A DNA stretch of 64,000 bases from Schizosaccharomyces osmophilus (GCF_027921745.1 NC_079238.1:1922001-1986000); one strand, 5' to 3'; positions 1-13,268 are shown, counted from the stretch's first letter. Notes: generated by a model from the letters alone, not told the origin. A program made the numbers and translations.

Positions 1-349
1 ACTCCTTGACTTCTTCTTTGCGGGTAATAAATTGCTGGTTATTGTGCTTGCTGGGTAGAGCGTTAAACAAGGCAGCAACTTCGGCCTTTGCTTGTTCGGA
101 AGCTTTCTTTTCTTCTTCACGACGCTTACGCATGACCTCTTGATGCTTAGCCTCTTTACTGTTGGTGCTACCTGCATTTTGTTCGATTTGCTTGATTTTC
201 GATTGCACTTTGGTGGATTTGTTTTTGTTTTTTAAACCAAAAGTGGCATCAGCAGCCTTTCTCATAGGATCTTTTTTTTGCTTAGGCTCTGGGGCCTTGT
301 TTTTTCCTTGAGGCTTTCCTTTACCTTCTGGTGCTTTTTTAGGTGGCAT
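1..349 (-). CDS. mep33: Tma46/Mep33-like translation machinery-associated protein, 5' part (truncated at window start)
   Basis: Hand translation from ATG at 349: MPPKKAPEGKGKPQGKNKAPEPKQKKDPMRKAADATFGLKNKNKSTKVQSKIKQIEQ. TFGLKNKNKS..KVQ is the Tma46/ZC3H15 N-terminal motif. Neighbour of sua1 as in S. pombe. Confidence 0.8.
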   Translation of the reverse strand, partial: MPPKKAPEGKGKPQGKNKAPEPKQKKDPMRKAADATFGLKNKNKSTKVQSKIKQIEQNAGSTNSKEAKHQEVMRKRREEEKKASEQAKAEVAALFNALPSKHNNQQFITRKEEVKE

Positions 350-785
350 CTTTAATAGTTCAAGTTACCTTTTTTAAATATTGAAATGAATATAAAAGCG
401 CTGTGTGTTCTTTGGAAGGGATGCGAAAAGAGGGTAAGGTGGAAGATAATGGGGAAAGTGGGTAAAGACAGGAAAAAAAAAGTTGCAACTTGCGTATGTC
501 AATATCACAAAGAAAAGGATGCGTTTAGTACGATTCGAAGTTTAGTGCCACTTAATACTGATTATTGTTTCGTCTCGTTGACTGCTTTAGTGAACAGCAA
601 AAGTACAGTGAATAAAAATTTTTATTTTCCATGGATTGCATACAGATTCATTATAATTCTTTTTTTGTTTTTATTAAACCATTATTCAATTATTCAACAA
701 AATCTACATTCATATTTTTTATAGACATCTAATGCTTATATGATACTATAAAAGCATATGCTTATATACATAGGAAACCTTGGAA

Positions 786-813
786 TTTTTTTTTTTTTTT
801 TTTTTTTTTTTTT
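786..813. repeat. poly(dT) tract, 28 nt
   Basis: Direct count, in the mep33/sua1 divergent intergenic region. Confidence 0.95.
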
Positions 814-1401
814 GGGATACCTACTGAGGGGATAAGAAGAAAGAGAATTACAAGTATTCTGTGGGAATCCGAGACTTAATTATAATGTGACTCAAGTTCT
901 TTGATTATCATTTCAATTACTATCAGAAAAAAGACCACATTTACGGGGTGAAAAGAAATCCAACCTTTTATTAGATGGTCTTTGTCACGAAGAATCAATC
1001 GTCAGTTCATAAGAAAGATGAATTAAAGAAAATTTTAAAGGGGATCCAAAGACATATTTATTGAAAACAAATGTAATATTAGACATAAATAAATAAATAA
1101 AAATTGTTAATTCATCAATGGAAATCCAAATCTGAGTGAAAAAAAATCGCTCCAAAGAAACGAACTTGAAATAAGATTCGGTGAAACGAATGCTAAATAA
1201 TCACGACATTGTGACTATTCAATTGCAAAATGACCTAATTAAATTACGACGAATTTCAATGGAAAAGAAGAGTATTAATTTCGGCGGTTAGCTGTTTTGA
1301 GAATTGGTTTCCTTTACCTCCCTCTTTGCAGAAATAAATTTCCTTTTCATTGGAGCATAGCCAGTAAAGATACAAATTGCTTTTTGTTTATACTATTTTG
1401 A

Positions 1402-2892
<1,491 letters not shown>

Positions 2893-3413
2893 GCGAGAAA
2901 CTCGCAGAATTGAAGGTTACTGTCTTCCTTGAGTCAGCAAGTAAAATCTTACTTCATGAAACATATAAAAGACCACCCTAATATCCTACTTTCTTTATAC
3001 CAATCTTCTGATTCTTGTTTTTCTTGATTATTATTCATGTTGGATTTTAGATATATAAATTAAATTCCCTTCTCTCATAGGCTGTAAATAAACTATTCAA
3101 ATTACAATGATTTGTATATTTTTTTACGCTGGCAAATACCGTCAAACAGTAAAATGTTGGTAAAAAAATGCAGGTCACCTTCTGAGATTCAAATTGGAAA
3201 AGCATAAAAATAAAGTGTAATAAACTACAAAAGCTCTAAATTTTGTAATATACAAATCAAAAGAATCATTTCATAAGTAGTCTTTCTTAGTTGCAGTTTA
3301 ATCTTGATTTATTACTGCCCTCCCGCTATTTCCTAAGGCTACCTACCGTTCGCCTGAAACAAGGAAACTGCCATCTCTCAAAAAAAAAAACCACCCGATA
3401 CTAAATTACAAAA

Positions 3414-3811
3414 ATGCAAGCTGTTCAACCTTCTACAACCGATAAGCGTATGTCAAATATATTGTGAGTATTTTCTAATAGAGTCGTATAGTAAAGATGG
3501 GAGCCATTATGGGGTCAGCTGCTGGACTCGGCATTGGTTTCCTTTTCGGCGGCATGGCTGTGCTACGATATGGACCTGGGCCACGCGGCTTTTTAAGAAC
3601 CTTGGGTCAGTATATGCTTACTTCTGCCGCTACTTTTGGTTTCTTCATGTCCATCGGTTCGGTCATTCGTAACGAGGATATTCCTCAATTGGGTTACAAA
3701 GGCGTCGAGTGGTCTCCAAAATTAATGCAACAACGTTCTATTTATGATCGTATCTTAGCAGAAAGCTCCCGTCGTGAGGATATCTCATCTAACGCTTCAA
3801 ACTCCGAGTAA
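3414..3811 (+). CDS. mgr2: Mitochondrial TIM23 subunit Mgr2 (ROMO1 family); intron 3448-3491
   Basis: Exon 1 MQAVQPSTTDK, GTATGT..CTAAT..TAG intron, then LKMGAIMG..GFLFGG..ATFGFFMSIGSVIR (Romo1 motif). Confidence 0.92.
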
Positions 3812-4470
3812 TTCAATACCCATCATTCTTTGTCTATTCTCAATAAAAGCAGATGAAGGAAGGAAGTTCAGGTGTCATTTGATAGTTTTGGTTTCAACAA
3901 TAATTACACAAAGTTTGATTTTTAATTTTGAATCTTTGAATTGCTTCTAATATCAGGCTTCGTTGAACAGGAAAAAAAAAAAAAAAAGGCACTAGCAGCA
4001 GTAAATACGTTAAGAAAGCTGGAATAAATCTTTTAACATTATCTATAAATATACAACATCCATGAAATAAAGTTGAATGCATAAAAAGTCTTTCTATCTG
4101 GTTCTGCAAATTTTGAATCGTGGCTTTCTGGTACATATATAAAACGTATGGAGGTTGAAATATTCAAAGATTTTATATAAATATTCACATAGAATTAAAT
4201 GCTGTAGAATTTCAATGCGAGCAAAATAAAAAATAAAAAGAGCGTAAAAGTATAATAAATGCTATATGAAAATGAGTGTTTGATCATCACTAGTTGCCAA
4301 TTGAAATGAATAAGATGAGAAGAGAAGAAAACAAAAGAAATAAATGACTGCCACTAGTTGGCTTTTCAAGGATTTCCTGAACAAAAAGAAACAAGTGTGA
4401 TAAAAGGCCTGGGAAGTTCATAATGTATAATATGCCAAAGATGCTTCAGGCTCAATTCTTATCAAGGAAA

Positions 4471-6558
4471 TTATTCGGCGTTGGTTGCAGTTTCTGATTC
4501 TAAGTATTTTTCTGAAGCAGATGGAGGATTAATTTCTTCTTCATGGACATCTTTGTTACTGGGTAGTTGTTGATTTATAAATGCCCGATTTTCCGTTTCT
4601 TCATTTAGAGGATCCAACTTATTGTGTTCATTCTTCTCCTCCTTATCGGGGAAATCAGATGCTGAAATAAAACCAGTATCAACATCATGAACATCCTTTT
4701 CCTTTCCAGCGTCACTCTGTGGTGAACGAAAGTCAATAAGTCCAAAGTCCATCTTCTTATCAGAATCCAAGTTGGCGAACAATTCTTCAACTTGAAGTTG
4801 TTTGAGAGTAAGAGTGTTTACAGTATCCCGGTTTCTTTCCTGATGTTCTTTCTCCAATTCCAAAGTATTTACACGAGAATGCAATAATTCGTTCTCTTTT
4901 GTTAGAACATCCAAATGTTTTTGCGTTTCTCCTTCGAAAGGTTCTTTTGATGCTCCTGCTTGAGTGTTCATCGCTTTTACAACACTAAGTTCTGCTTGCA
5001 TGGCAGTTCGTTCGTCACGCAAATTGTTTATCAATTTCTTTGTGAACTCATTAGACTCTTTTTGTTGCTCATAGTCTAACCTTAACTGGGAGATTTGTGC
5101 AAGAAGATCCTTCTCCAGAAGTTTGTTCGCTTTCTTTTCGTTCTCTAATTCAGTTATTCTGGATTCAAGTAGTAACGAGTTTTGTTGTATTTCATACTTC
5201 TCGCCGTACAGCAAAGAGCACTGGGAATGGAGATTTTTTATAACCTCAAAGGGTGGAATCTGCTTGTTATCTTCCTTCAAAACACCGTTGGTGCCGTTGG
5301 ATTCAGGAACGGATCCAGGAACGATATTTTCCTTTGAGAGGTCCTCGGAAGTATGTCCAACTTTTTCAAGTTCCATTTGGAGAAATTCAACCTGTTCATT
5401 TTGAGCATCGACAACTTTTCCAAGTTCACCGAGCTTCTTGACATTGTCCCTTTTAGTAATATCCAATAAATCTTGGTTGGTAGTATGAAGTTGTTTAACT
5501 CTTTGATATTTTGTTAACAAACTATTAAGCAAGACAGCAAAAGACTCAATATCAAAGTTGGGCTTTAAATGCATTTGCACTTGTTCTAAATCATAGGAGG
5601 AGTCTAGTTGCAAGTCCCTCTGTTCAATCTCCTGTTGAAACAAACGGTTCAATGCTTTCCAAAAATTTAGTATAGAACGGGGAGCAATGTCTTTCGCATC
5701 TGCTTCTTCCTCGAGCTTCTTTTCGCGCATTCCTTTTAATAAAATCTCAAGATGTCTTATTTGTTCTAATAGTTTCTCTCCAGCAGTCATGTCAACAACA
5801 TTCACCACGGAAGGCTCATGCACAGATGAACCCATGGAATGGACTGTTTCAAGCATCCATTCCATACGTTCAACAAGTTGTTGTATTTCTTCATGGTTCA
5901 TTACTTCTTCCTCTTCCTCCTCTAGTTTCTTTTCATCATTCTCGCTTTTCTGGGATACCACATTCGGATCGCTTTGTTGTTCACTGTTTTTTGGCTGTTT
6001 CCTAATCTCACGAATACAAACAGCAACCATATGCTTAAGTAAGAAGAAGTAGAGCTCTGACAGTTTTCTTTCAACTACCCATATTTTTGATGAAAGCTCT
6101 CGTACCTTTCTAGAGCACTGTTCATAATGCTCAACGGTGCTTTGTTTGTGTTTACCCTTTTTTTCCTTAGTTTGCGCAAGCATCAGATTTTTGGCAGCTT
6201 CGCGAATTTTGGCTTCCACTGCAAGTTTTTTTACTGACATATCCAAGTTTCCTCGAATCACTTTGATTTTCTTTTTAATTTCTTCAACCTCTTTACCATT
6301 TAAGCATTCGAAATGGCTTGCATCTTTAACAGCTGACGAGACAAGCAAATCTTGCAAATCATTAGGCAATGGCTCATTTTCAGAATGTTCTTTTTCTCTA
6401 GAACTCCTCCGGTTGTATTTGAAATTTGGGTCAAAGGGATTAAACACCTGTGTAGTTAACAGAACACCCGAAGACGGTGGCTCGGGATTTCCGTATTTTT
6501 CCTTTAATTCTGGTTCATAATTTTGTGTGGTCATACATGTTCCTCCGCCCATATCCAT
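4471..6558 (-). CDS. uds1: Uds1-domain coiled-coil protein (up-regulated during septation)
   Basis: 695-aa ORF. N-terminal LLVSSAVKDASHFECL..EVEEIKK..KLAVEAKIREAA..LLKHMVAV fits the Uds1 domain; long coiled coil; synteny. Confidence 0.8.
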   Translation of the reverse strand: MDMGGGTCMTTQNYEPELKEKYGNPEPPSSGVLLTTQVFNPFDPNFKYNRRSSREKEHSENEPLPNDLQDLLVSSAVKDASHFECLNGKEVEEIKKKIKVIRGNLDMSVKKLAVEAKIREAAKNLMLAQTKEKKGKHKQSTVEHYEQCSRKVRELSSKIWVVERKLSELYFFLLKHMVAVCIREIRKQPKNSEQQSDPNVVSQKSENDEKKLEEEEEEVMNHEEIQQLVERMEWMLETVHSMGSSVHEPSVVNVVDMTAGEKLLEQIRHLEILLKGMREKKLEEEADAKDIAPRSILNFWKALNRLFQQEIEQRDLQLDSSYDLEQVQMHLKPNFDIESFAVLLNSLLTKYQRVKQLHTTNQDLLDITKRDNVKKLGELGKVVDAQNEQVEFLQMELEKVGHTSEDLSKENIVPGSVPESNGTNGVLKEDNKQIPPFEVIKNLHSQCSLLYGEKYEIQQNSLLLESRITELENEKKANKLLEKDLLAQISQLRLDYEQQKESNEFTKKLINNLRDERTAMQAELSVVKAMNTQAGASKEPFEGETQKHLDVLTKENELLHSRVNTLELEKEHQERNRDTVNTLTLKQLQVEELFANLDSDKKMDFGLIDFRSPQSDAGKEKDVHDVDTGFISASDFPDKEEKNEHNKLDPLNEETENRAFINQQLPSNKDVHEEEINPPSASEKYLESETATNAE

Positions 6559-6578
6559 ACTTCAGTTTGGTTCACAGA

Positions 6579-6593
6579 TGTTTGTTTGTTTAC
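6579..6593 (-). promoter_or_regulatory. FLEX/forkhead element GTAAACAAACAAACA upstream of uds1
   Basis: Plus strand tgtttgtttgtttac, 21 nt upstream of the uds1 ATG. Further ATAAACA and GTAAATA motifs at about 6642-6666. Confidence 0.65.
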
Positions 6594-6965
6594 GTCTAGC
6601 CTAATATTTAAAGAGTTTCTGTTCCCATGACAACAAGACCCATAAACAAACTAATTGTTTATTTACAACTATGACTATTTAATAGTTAAGTACAAAAAAC
6701 GTAAAGCAAATCGCTTAATTGAAATAAGTGAAATAAGTAGCACCTAACTATTATAGTATGGATTCAATAAGCAGTCTTTCGATTTTGCTGATTTGTGTAG
6801 AAAAAAAGAGGAATCATAAACACTATTTCTTAAAAACCTAACATAAGCTGTTATCTATATAGGTTAACTAATCGTAAATTTAAACACTTAGGCATTAGAA
6901 CATTCAGCATTTATATTTTAAAGCCATGAGTCCAAGTCGAAAACATGAACACATAGATAAGTTCC

Positions 6966-8861
6966 TTAAACTTGCTGCATTAACATTTCTTGGAGATTTG
7001 AAGTACTTTTGACCGGTTGTTCCAAATTGTTTTCCGTGTAAGTTCTAAAATAATCCATTTGATAGTCAAGAAAACCATAGTACTTGTCAAGATGAATCAG
7101 ATGAGGGAACGACCTGCCAAGAAACTCCAAATGGTGAATAACAAGAAGCCAATTTTGAGCAGACCGGGATGGTGCGGTTCTCAAAAATGTTTGCGTTCTT
7201 AAATCGTAAGTTGTATAATCTCTATCAATGTGGAAAAAAGAAGTTGCACTGGCTGTTCTCACTCCAATTAAACGTGGCTGATTTTTAACGCAGAAAAAGG
7301 CCGAAATAGGAACAGTATGGAGTTTGGGGTGTCCAATTCGACAATTGATTACTTGCCGTTTCCATAAAGACAACAAGGGATCAGTTTCTTGCTTTGATGA
7401 AAAGTCAGCAAGCTCTGCCCACAGAGCACGCCTTTGATTCGCAGGTAGACTTTCCATAAGATCCAGTTCATATAGAAATTTAGAGGGATTTTGCTTCAAC
7501 TCCGTTTCATAAGCAATTTCATCTTCCCTGGCCTTGGGCGTTTGGAAATCTCTCGCCCTTGCTAGTGTACGATGAAACTCAAAGTTCCTTTTCTGCAAAT
7601 CGTTCGGGAAGATTAAAGCGATAAAACGGGTTTCCATGTAAGCGAGTTCTCGAATTGAATAAGGCCTCTCTGTTTTATCTTGTTCAAATGTATTGTCTTC
7701 AACTATAAAAGGAATATGTTGAAGATCTTCAACCTTAAAAGGCAACTGCTCCCACTGAATTAATCGCTCTTCCTGGGTTTTTCGAAATGTCCAACGATGA
7801 GCCTTTTGTTGAATATTAAACAAAGCAAGTTCTTTAGGAGTATATTCAAACCTTTCTAAAGGAAGAAGACTATCCTCTGTAAATACGAAGAAATAAGTAT
7901 CTTTTAAAGTGTGTCCAGCAACTAAATCATTGTTTTTTGCTAGCTCTGTATACAAATCAAGAATCTCTTTACGTTTCGATTCATTTCCTAAATGATAATG
8001 CGGAGTTTCAGAATCGGCCAAGAAAAGGCTAGAGCCGTCAGCTCTCTCCACCGAAGCTGCGGTTTCTTCGCATATAACCTCTAGCTGAGATACAGCCCGT
8101 AAACGATCGTTTGTTCCTTGAATCTGAACAGAGTGATTTGAAGACTTAAGGTCCTGCTGACCCAGTACTGATTTGACGCTTTCTTCATTTTTCTCGATGG
8201 GAGAATCTTCATGGACAGATGCCTGAGAGCTTCCGAAGTCAGGAGAAGTCGAATTTGGCTTAGAAGCCATCAACTTCTCTGATAGAACAGCATGAGCCTT
8301 TGCTGATGCAACTCTTGGTCCATCAGGCATATGCTTTTCATTCTTAAAAACGAAACCACAATCAGGGCCGTCTAAAAGATACTTCCTGAGAAGGTACATA
8401 AACTTCACATCATAATCTTTAACATCAAAATTGGGATCTGTTATGACTAGGTTATCCCTGATTTCATCAAAACCTCCAATCTGTTTAAGGACAGGTATAA
8501 ACGCTGGGTCGCCCACTGGTTCATTATAAGAATCAACTGCTAAATTACTTTCAGCAGTTGAAGCTGAGGAATTCTTTGTTCCTAAATGAAGGGTCAGAGA
8601 GATTTTATTAACCCATCTGAAAAAGCGTGATGGTTCGCTCAGGATTGACTGAGATAAAATTGATTCAGTAGAGGCAGATTTTGGGGGATTAGATAGATTG
8701 GTATCGGAGAAGGATAGTCCTAAATTTTGAGTCGGCGGTTTGTCGTTAACAACAGTATCAGCACTACCTGAGGATGCAGTGTTTAGCCGGCTGTGGCTCC
8801 CATCACTTAAGTGGAATTCTTCATTGCTGAAGGAATTGTCAATCCCCGATCCATTCTTCAT
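6966..8861 (-). CDS. meu25: Schizosaccharomyces-specific protein, probable Meu25 ortholog
   Basis: 631-aa ORF with no recognisable domain. Named only from its position between uds1 and ask1; forkhead motifs upstream. Confidence 0.6.
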   Translation of the reverse strand: MKNGSGIDNSFSNEEFHLSDGSHSRLNTASSGSADTVVNDKPPTQNLGLSFSDTNLSNPPKSASTESILSQSILSEPSRFFRWVNKISLTLHLGTKNSSASTAESNLAVDSYNEPVGDPAFIPVLKQIGGFDEIRDNLVITDPNFDVKDYDVKFMYLLRKYLLDGPDCGFVFKNEKHMPDGPRVASAKAHAVLSEKLMASKPNSTSPDFGSSQASVHEDSPIEKNEESVKSVLGQQDLKSSNHSVQIQGTNDRLRAVSQLEVICEETAASVERADGSSLFLADSETPHYHLGNESKRKEILDLYTELAKNNDLVAGHTLKDTYFFVFTEDSLLPLERFEYTPKELALFNIQQKAHRWTFRKTQEERLIQWEQLPFKVEDLQHIPFIVEDNTFEQDKTERPYSIRELAYMETRFIALIFPNDLQKRNFEFHRTLARARDFQTPKAREDEIAYETELKQNPSKFLYELDLMESLPANQRRALWAELADFSSKQETDPLLSLWKRQVINCRIGHPKLHTVPISAFFCVKNQPRLIGVRTASATSFFHIDRDYTTYDLRTQTFLRTAPSRSAQNWLLVIHHLEFLGRSFPHLIHLDKYYGFLDYQMDYFRTYTENNLEQPVKSTSNLQEMLMQQV

Positions 8862-9242
8862 CTTTTTAATCCCTTTAGGTACTGGCAGAAGACAGGTATA
8901 ATGGTTGTTTACATCTTTCTTAAATAGTGCAACAAAGAATAATCCGTAAACAAAATAAACATTTTTTGACCAAAATCCAATTGGTAAATAAATCCACTTA
9001 AACGTTTACCAAATCGAGATGGAAAGGCATAAACAAGGCACCTCAAATTAATACATTCACGTACAAGATTTTGTTTTGTGCCGGTAGAAAATATAGAGAT
9101 AAACAAATAAAATAAATTCTTCAAAGAATATCTAAAGAATTTATAAGTATTACATTTTTACTTTTCTTCTGTTTAAACTGTACTAGACTTCTTCTTAGCT
9201 GTGAGGGTGAAAGAAAAGTCTATTTCGTGAGTGGCTTCATCC

Positions 9243-10275
9243 ATGAATCAACTGGAAAGGTATGAAGGAAAAACGGAAAGTATGTGCTGACAGAAAATGA
9301 TTTTTAGATTAGAGAGATTGGAACAATCAATTACATTGGCATTGTACGAAATTGATGCCAATTTTGCGAAATGTAATCGAACAGTGTCGACTCGAATTCT
9401 TCCAATCGTCGAGAACTATACAAAAAGTTGCAGTAATATCTGGGAGTCATCTAAGGTACGAATGATGGAGATAAATAATGCCTTATTGATTTACGTGAAG
9501 TTGCTAATGCAAACAGTTTTGGAAGCAGTTCTTTGAAGCGAGCGCAAGTGTCTCTCTCTCTGGAGTCGAAGAACCAGTTCAAGGAGCAGAGAAACCAAAA
9601 GAAGACTTTGTTCCGTCTGATTTGAAATATACGAGCAGTACCGATCCCAAAATCGAGGAAAATGAGGATTCTACAGAAACATTCTATCAAAACATCCCTT
9701 CTTCTTTTGGACACGAAGCTTTTGAACCAAAAGAAGTAAAGGACGAACAACTTACACAATCTACTCCCAAGAAAGATACAACATTTGAAAATCTTTCTTT
9801 GGAAAATGCATCTTTAACGCCGATACCTGCACGTTTGCAAACACCAGCTCGAAAGATCGATGCTGCCAATGCTCAACATACTGGACGTAGTGCTTTGTTG
9901 CATAGGGTGCTGGACACAAACTGGCACGTCCAAGTAACTCCTCACGAAAGGAAGAAATATGAAGACATGGACATTGATTCTTCTCCTTTAATGTCTCCTT
10001 CTCCAATTGCCATGAAAATGGAAACGATTTCAGCACCTGGAGAAAGAACATCGAAGTCTGCTTTGTCTATGTTTTCAGAATTCGAACATGAAAGCAACGA
10101 TAGCCTTATGCCAAATGGAATGTCGCCTCCAAAAACCATTCAGTTTAGTCCTCATTCGTTAGGTGACTCATTCCATCCCACCGATGGTGAGCGAAGTCTT
10201 TCTTTACAAAGGAAATTTGATGCCTTGAACGATTCCAATGAGAATATGATAAAAGAGGAAAGTTGGGAACTTTAG
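9243..10275 (+). CDS. ask1: DASH complex subunit Ask1; introns 9260-9307 and 9456-9516
   Basis: Spliced product MNQLERLERLEQSITLALYEIDANFAKCNR..IWESSKFWKQFFEASASVSLSG is the Ask1 N-terminal domain, followed by an S/T-P rich tail. Confidence 0.93.
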
Positions 10276-10559
10276 GTAGTTTGCCTGTGCATTATCGCTT
10301 TTATTTAAATGTCTACGACTTTCTATTGATTTTATGAATAACCGGTTTATTTTTCTTTCTATTTTTTTCTACTTTTGTTTGTTTGTTTACAATTTTGCAT
10401 ATTGCAAAGTCAACTCGTTATACCAGATTGTGGTTATTTACTAGCAAGTCCGAAGAAGCCAGTAGAACATGTACGGAGGGAAGGGTTTTTTGGCTTTAAA
10501 TAATTCCAACCATCCAAAGAGTCTCAGTTCGACACAATTTCCCTTTATTTACATAAAAA

Positions 10560-10958
10560 ATGAATATTGATGTTACTAGTTATTTACGATCCTACACTAT
10601 TACGGATTGGATTCGTATCTGCATCTACATTTGTGGATATCTCTTATTACGGCCATATTTGATGAAAATTGGAGCCAAACTTCAAGAAAAGGGACACAAG
10701 AAAGCAGAAGAACAGGGTGACTATGTAGACTCTGAATTGACACATGGCAAAACAGAAAAGTTCCATGGCGAATTTGACACTGATGATGAGGATGAAAAGG
10801 AGAATCCCGATGCTGAATTACGCTGGGGCTATTCAGCTCGCCGACGTATTCGCAAGCAAAGAGATGATTACTTCAAAAGTCAAGACAAGTCTCCCTTGGA
10901 TGCGTATGCCGACGATGACAATGATGACGCTGACATCCAAGAACACCTGGAGGATTAG
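10560..10958 (+). CDS. pga2: ER protein-trafficking protein Pga2
   Basis: WIRICIYICGYLLLRPY transmembrane motif and LRWGYSARRRIRK motif typical of Pga2. Confidence 0.85.
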   Translation: MNIDVTSYLRSYTITDWIRICIYICGYLLLRPYLMKIGAKLQEKGHKKAEEQGDYVDSELTHGKTEKFHGEFDTDDEDEKENPDAELRWGYSARRRIRKQRDDYFKSQDKSPLDAYADDDNDDADIQEHLED

Positions 10959-11495
10959 GTGTTTATTGTCGGGTGTAAAGAGTTATTGGCTCTTCTAATT
11001 TGGCTCAATGAAAAACTTCCTTCTTTCACTATTTAGTTTGTTTTTTTCTCCTTTGATTGTTCAATGCATTATCGGCGTTCACTCGTTTCTTTTTATTATT
11101 TACTATGTGTTCTTGTGTAATTACATAAAGGCTGCCAACCTCTCTGTTGTTCAAATTTGTACTACGCTTTCTTTCATTGTATTATATTTTAAAGGAATAT
11201 TTGTAAGGCAAGGTGCCGTTTTTATTCTATTTGATGAATTTACGCTAGTTTTCTATTTTCCACTATCATCGTAAATTTTGTAGAGTTTCATCAGTTGGGT
11301 AGAAATGCTCAATGTTTTCTTAATATAAATGAGAATACAAGATGAAAGCAAAGTATTTTTGATCCTGTAAATCTCCAAGCAGTTTTTTGTTAACCATATA
11401 TCGTATGTTTACGCATACTCCGTATTGGAGATTGTGAGTTCGAATGCTTCAACGAACTGTAGGTCTCGATGGAGCTAATGTAAGCTGTTTTGTTC

Positions 11496-13268
11496 ATGTA
11501 TCATTCTTTGAAACGATTCTTCGTAAATTCGGAAGAGCTTTCTCGAGAGGCCTCGTCCTCCCTTTTGGTTACTTTGTTTCCTCAATGCTTCATCAGCTCC
11601 TCGGGGAATGGATTTCAAAGAGAGCCTACTCAAATAGCAGTTCATGTTCAAGGATGGGTTCGAGAGGATCCTAATGCAAAACCGTTTAGTCGAAAAGACC
11701 GGGTAATGGTCAGTCTTCTTCGTCGTTATGTAGGACTCCCCCCTCAGGACCCTGTGGAATCGAATTTGAGCCTTCAGGAAGAAACGGCGACATTCGTAAA
11801 CACCTCGCCTCTCATGGAAAGTACGAACGATTCTGGCGAAGGATTAGGAATGAGAGGACATTCGCAGAGTGAACCCAATTTGAAATACCATACAGAAGAG
11901 TCGGAAACTGTGCCCCCAGGTCAATCCAACGCCTCGGTTCGCTCTAATTATAGCTTATCCAACTTTGTTCAGAGATTCATGAGCCCTTCTACGGTGAGCA
12001 GTTATATTGCGTCTATAGGACTAAAGAAGTGTGAACACAATTTCATCACTCGAACAGCAAACTTATTAAGTCGGCCGATTAAAAATAAGACTGTTTTAAT
12101 CGAGGTGTACTCTACAGATGACAGTTTTCAGGAGCACTGCGTGGCTGAATTTCAAGCAATCACAGACCAAAATGGATACTTTATATTAAAAGAGGCAATT
12201 CCGTACTTCAAAACGAGGAACAACAAGTTTTCAGTGAAAGCCATTGCCGTTGGTCCTTTAACAACAACCGAACAAGCTCGCGCTGTGTTGAATGAGGTTC
12301 CCGTTTTGAGCCGTACAGGTGTTTCCATCATTTCTGATATAGACGACACAGTGAAAAATACGAGGGTAGTGGAAGGGTCGAAGAAAGTAGCCGAAAACAC
12401 CCTTTTAGCACCTTTAAACAGTCAACACATAGACGGCGTTTCCGACTGGTTCCGTATTATGACAAATTTAGGAGCTACTTTACATTTTGTAAGCAACTCT
12501 CCTTGGCAGCTTTGGCCTATGCTTTCCGAATTTTTTGATACCAGCAATATACCGCTCATTTCCTCATTACAGTTGAGACATTTTAGCAGTGTTATACAAA
12601 ACCTGGTCGAGCCTGCGGCCCAACGCAAACGTGAGGCACTTTTACATACCATACGAAATCTTGGTGATCGAAAGTTGCTTTTGGTTGGTGACAATGGAGA
12701 GCAAGATTTGGACATCTATGCAGAAATATCAACGTGCTTCCCTGATCGGGTGCTGGGTATTTTTATTCGCGACGTGCAAACCGATTTTCATGGGAAAGAG
12801 CGATTTCAAGGTACGAATGATTGTAGCCGTGTTGATCTTGCTAGTACTACGGAAAGAAAGCAAAGTAAGGGAAAAGAGATTGCCGACAAATTGAAACCTA
12901 GAAAGCTGCAGAAAGATGTGGATGTTGAACACGCTTCAGAGTACTACCAATTGGAAAAAGAGCAGGGGACGGAGCCCTCGACGCTTCAATTGCATCGGTA
13001 CTTTACGTACCGAATCTTCGTGGAGGATAAGAATACAGGGTATCGAAAACCCAAGACACAAGTAGAGCATGTGGTGACAAGGCTGCCAAATGTTCATTAT
13101 CTTACACCGTACTCGAGTACCAAATACTCGAATGGAGCGATTCAGGACTGGTATATTCAATTGGCGCGTGCACGAGGACAGGTTGCAGAAAAGATTCCTA
13201 TAGTGATGTGGAGGAAGGGCGAGGAGTGTGTTTCATTTACAAAGAAGTTGAGTGATGAGCATTTATAG
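11496..13268 (+). CDS. App1-family phosphatidate phosphatase (start codon uncertain)
   Basis: ISDIDDTVK (DxDxT), HFVSNSPWQL and LVGDNGEQD motifs of the APP1 catalytic domain. First in-frame ATG at 11496. Confidence 0.85.
   Translation: MYHSLKRFFVNSEELSREASSSLLVTLFPQCFISSSGNGFQREPTQIAVHVQGWVREDPNAKPFSRKDRVMVSLLRRYVGLPPQDPVESNLSLQEETATFVNTSPLMESTNDSGEGLGMRGHSQSEPNLKYHTEESETVPPGQSNASVRSNYSLSNFVQRFMSPSTVSSYIASIGLKKCEHNFITRTANLLSRPIKNKTVLIEVYSTDDSFQEHCVAEFQAITDQNGYFILKEAIPYFKTRNNKFSVKAIAVGPLTTTEQARAVLNEVPVLSRTGVSIISDIDDTVKNTRVVEGSKKVAENTLLAPLNSQHIDGVSDWFRIMTNLGATLHFVSNSPWQLWPMLSEFFDTSNIPLISSLQLRHFSSVIQNLVEPAAQRKREALLHTIRNLGDRKLLLVGDNGEQDLDIYAEISTCFPDRVLGIFIRDVQTDFHGKERFQGTNDCSRVDLASTTERKQSKGKEIADKLKPRKLQKDVDVEHASEYYQLEKEQGTEPSTLQLHRYFTYRIFVEDKNTGYRKPKTQVEHVVTRLPNVHYLTPYSSTKYSNGAIQDWYIQLARARGQVAEKIPIVMWRKGEECVSFTKKLSDEHL

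Noticed and set aside
386..724. 112-aa plus-strand ORF
   Set aside because: AT-rich, low-complexity promoter sequence of mep33 with no recognisable motif.
2893..2905. GCGAG-AAA-CTCGC hairpin right after the sua1 stop, considered as a readthrough signal
   Set aside because: Only 5 bp; the stop is TAA-G, and the 6-aa extension (ARNSQN) has no targeting motif.
11405..11484. Possible upstream exon for the App1-like gene (ATG 11405, GTGAGT 11434, acceptor 11484)
   Set aside because: This splice does not restore the main reading frame.
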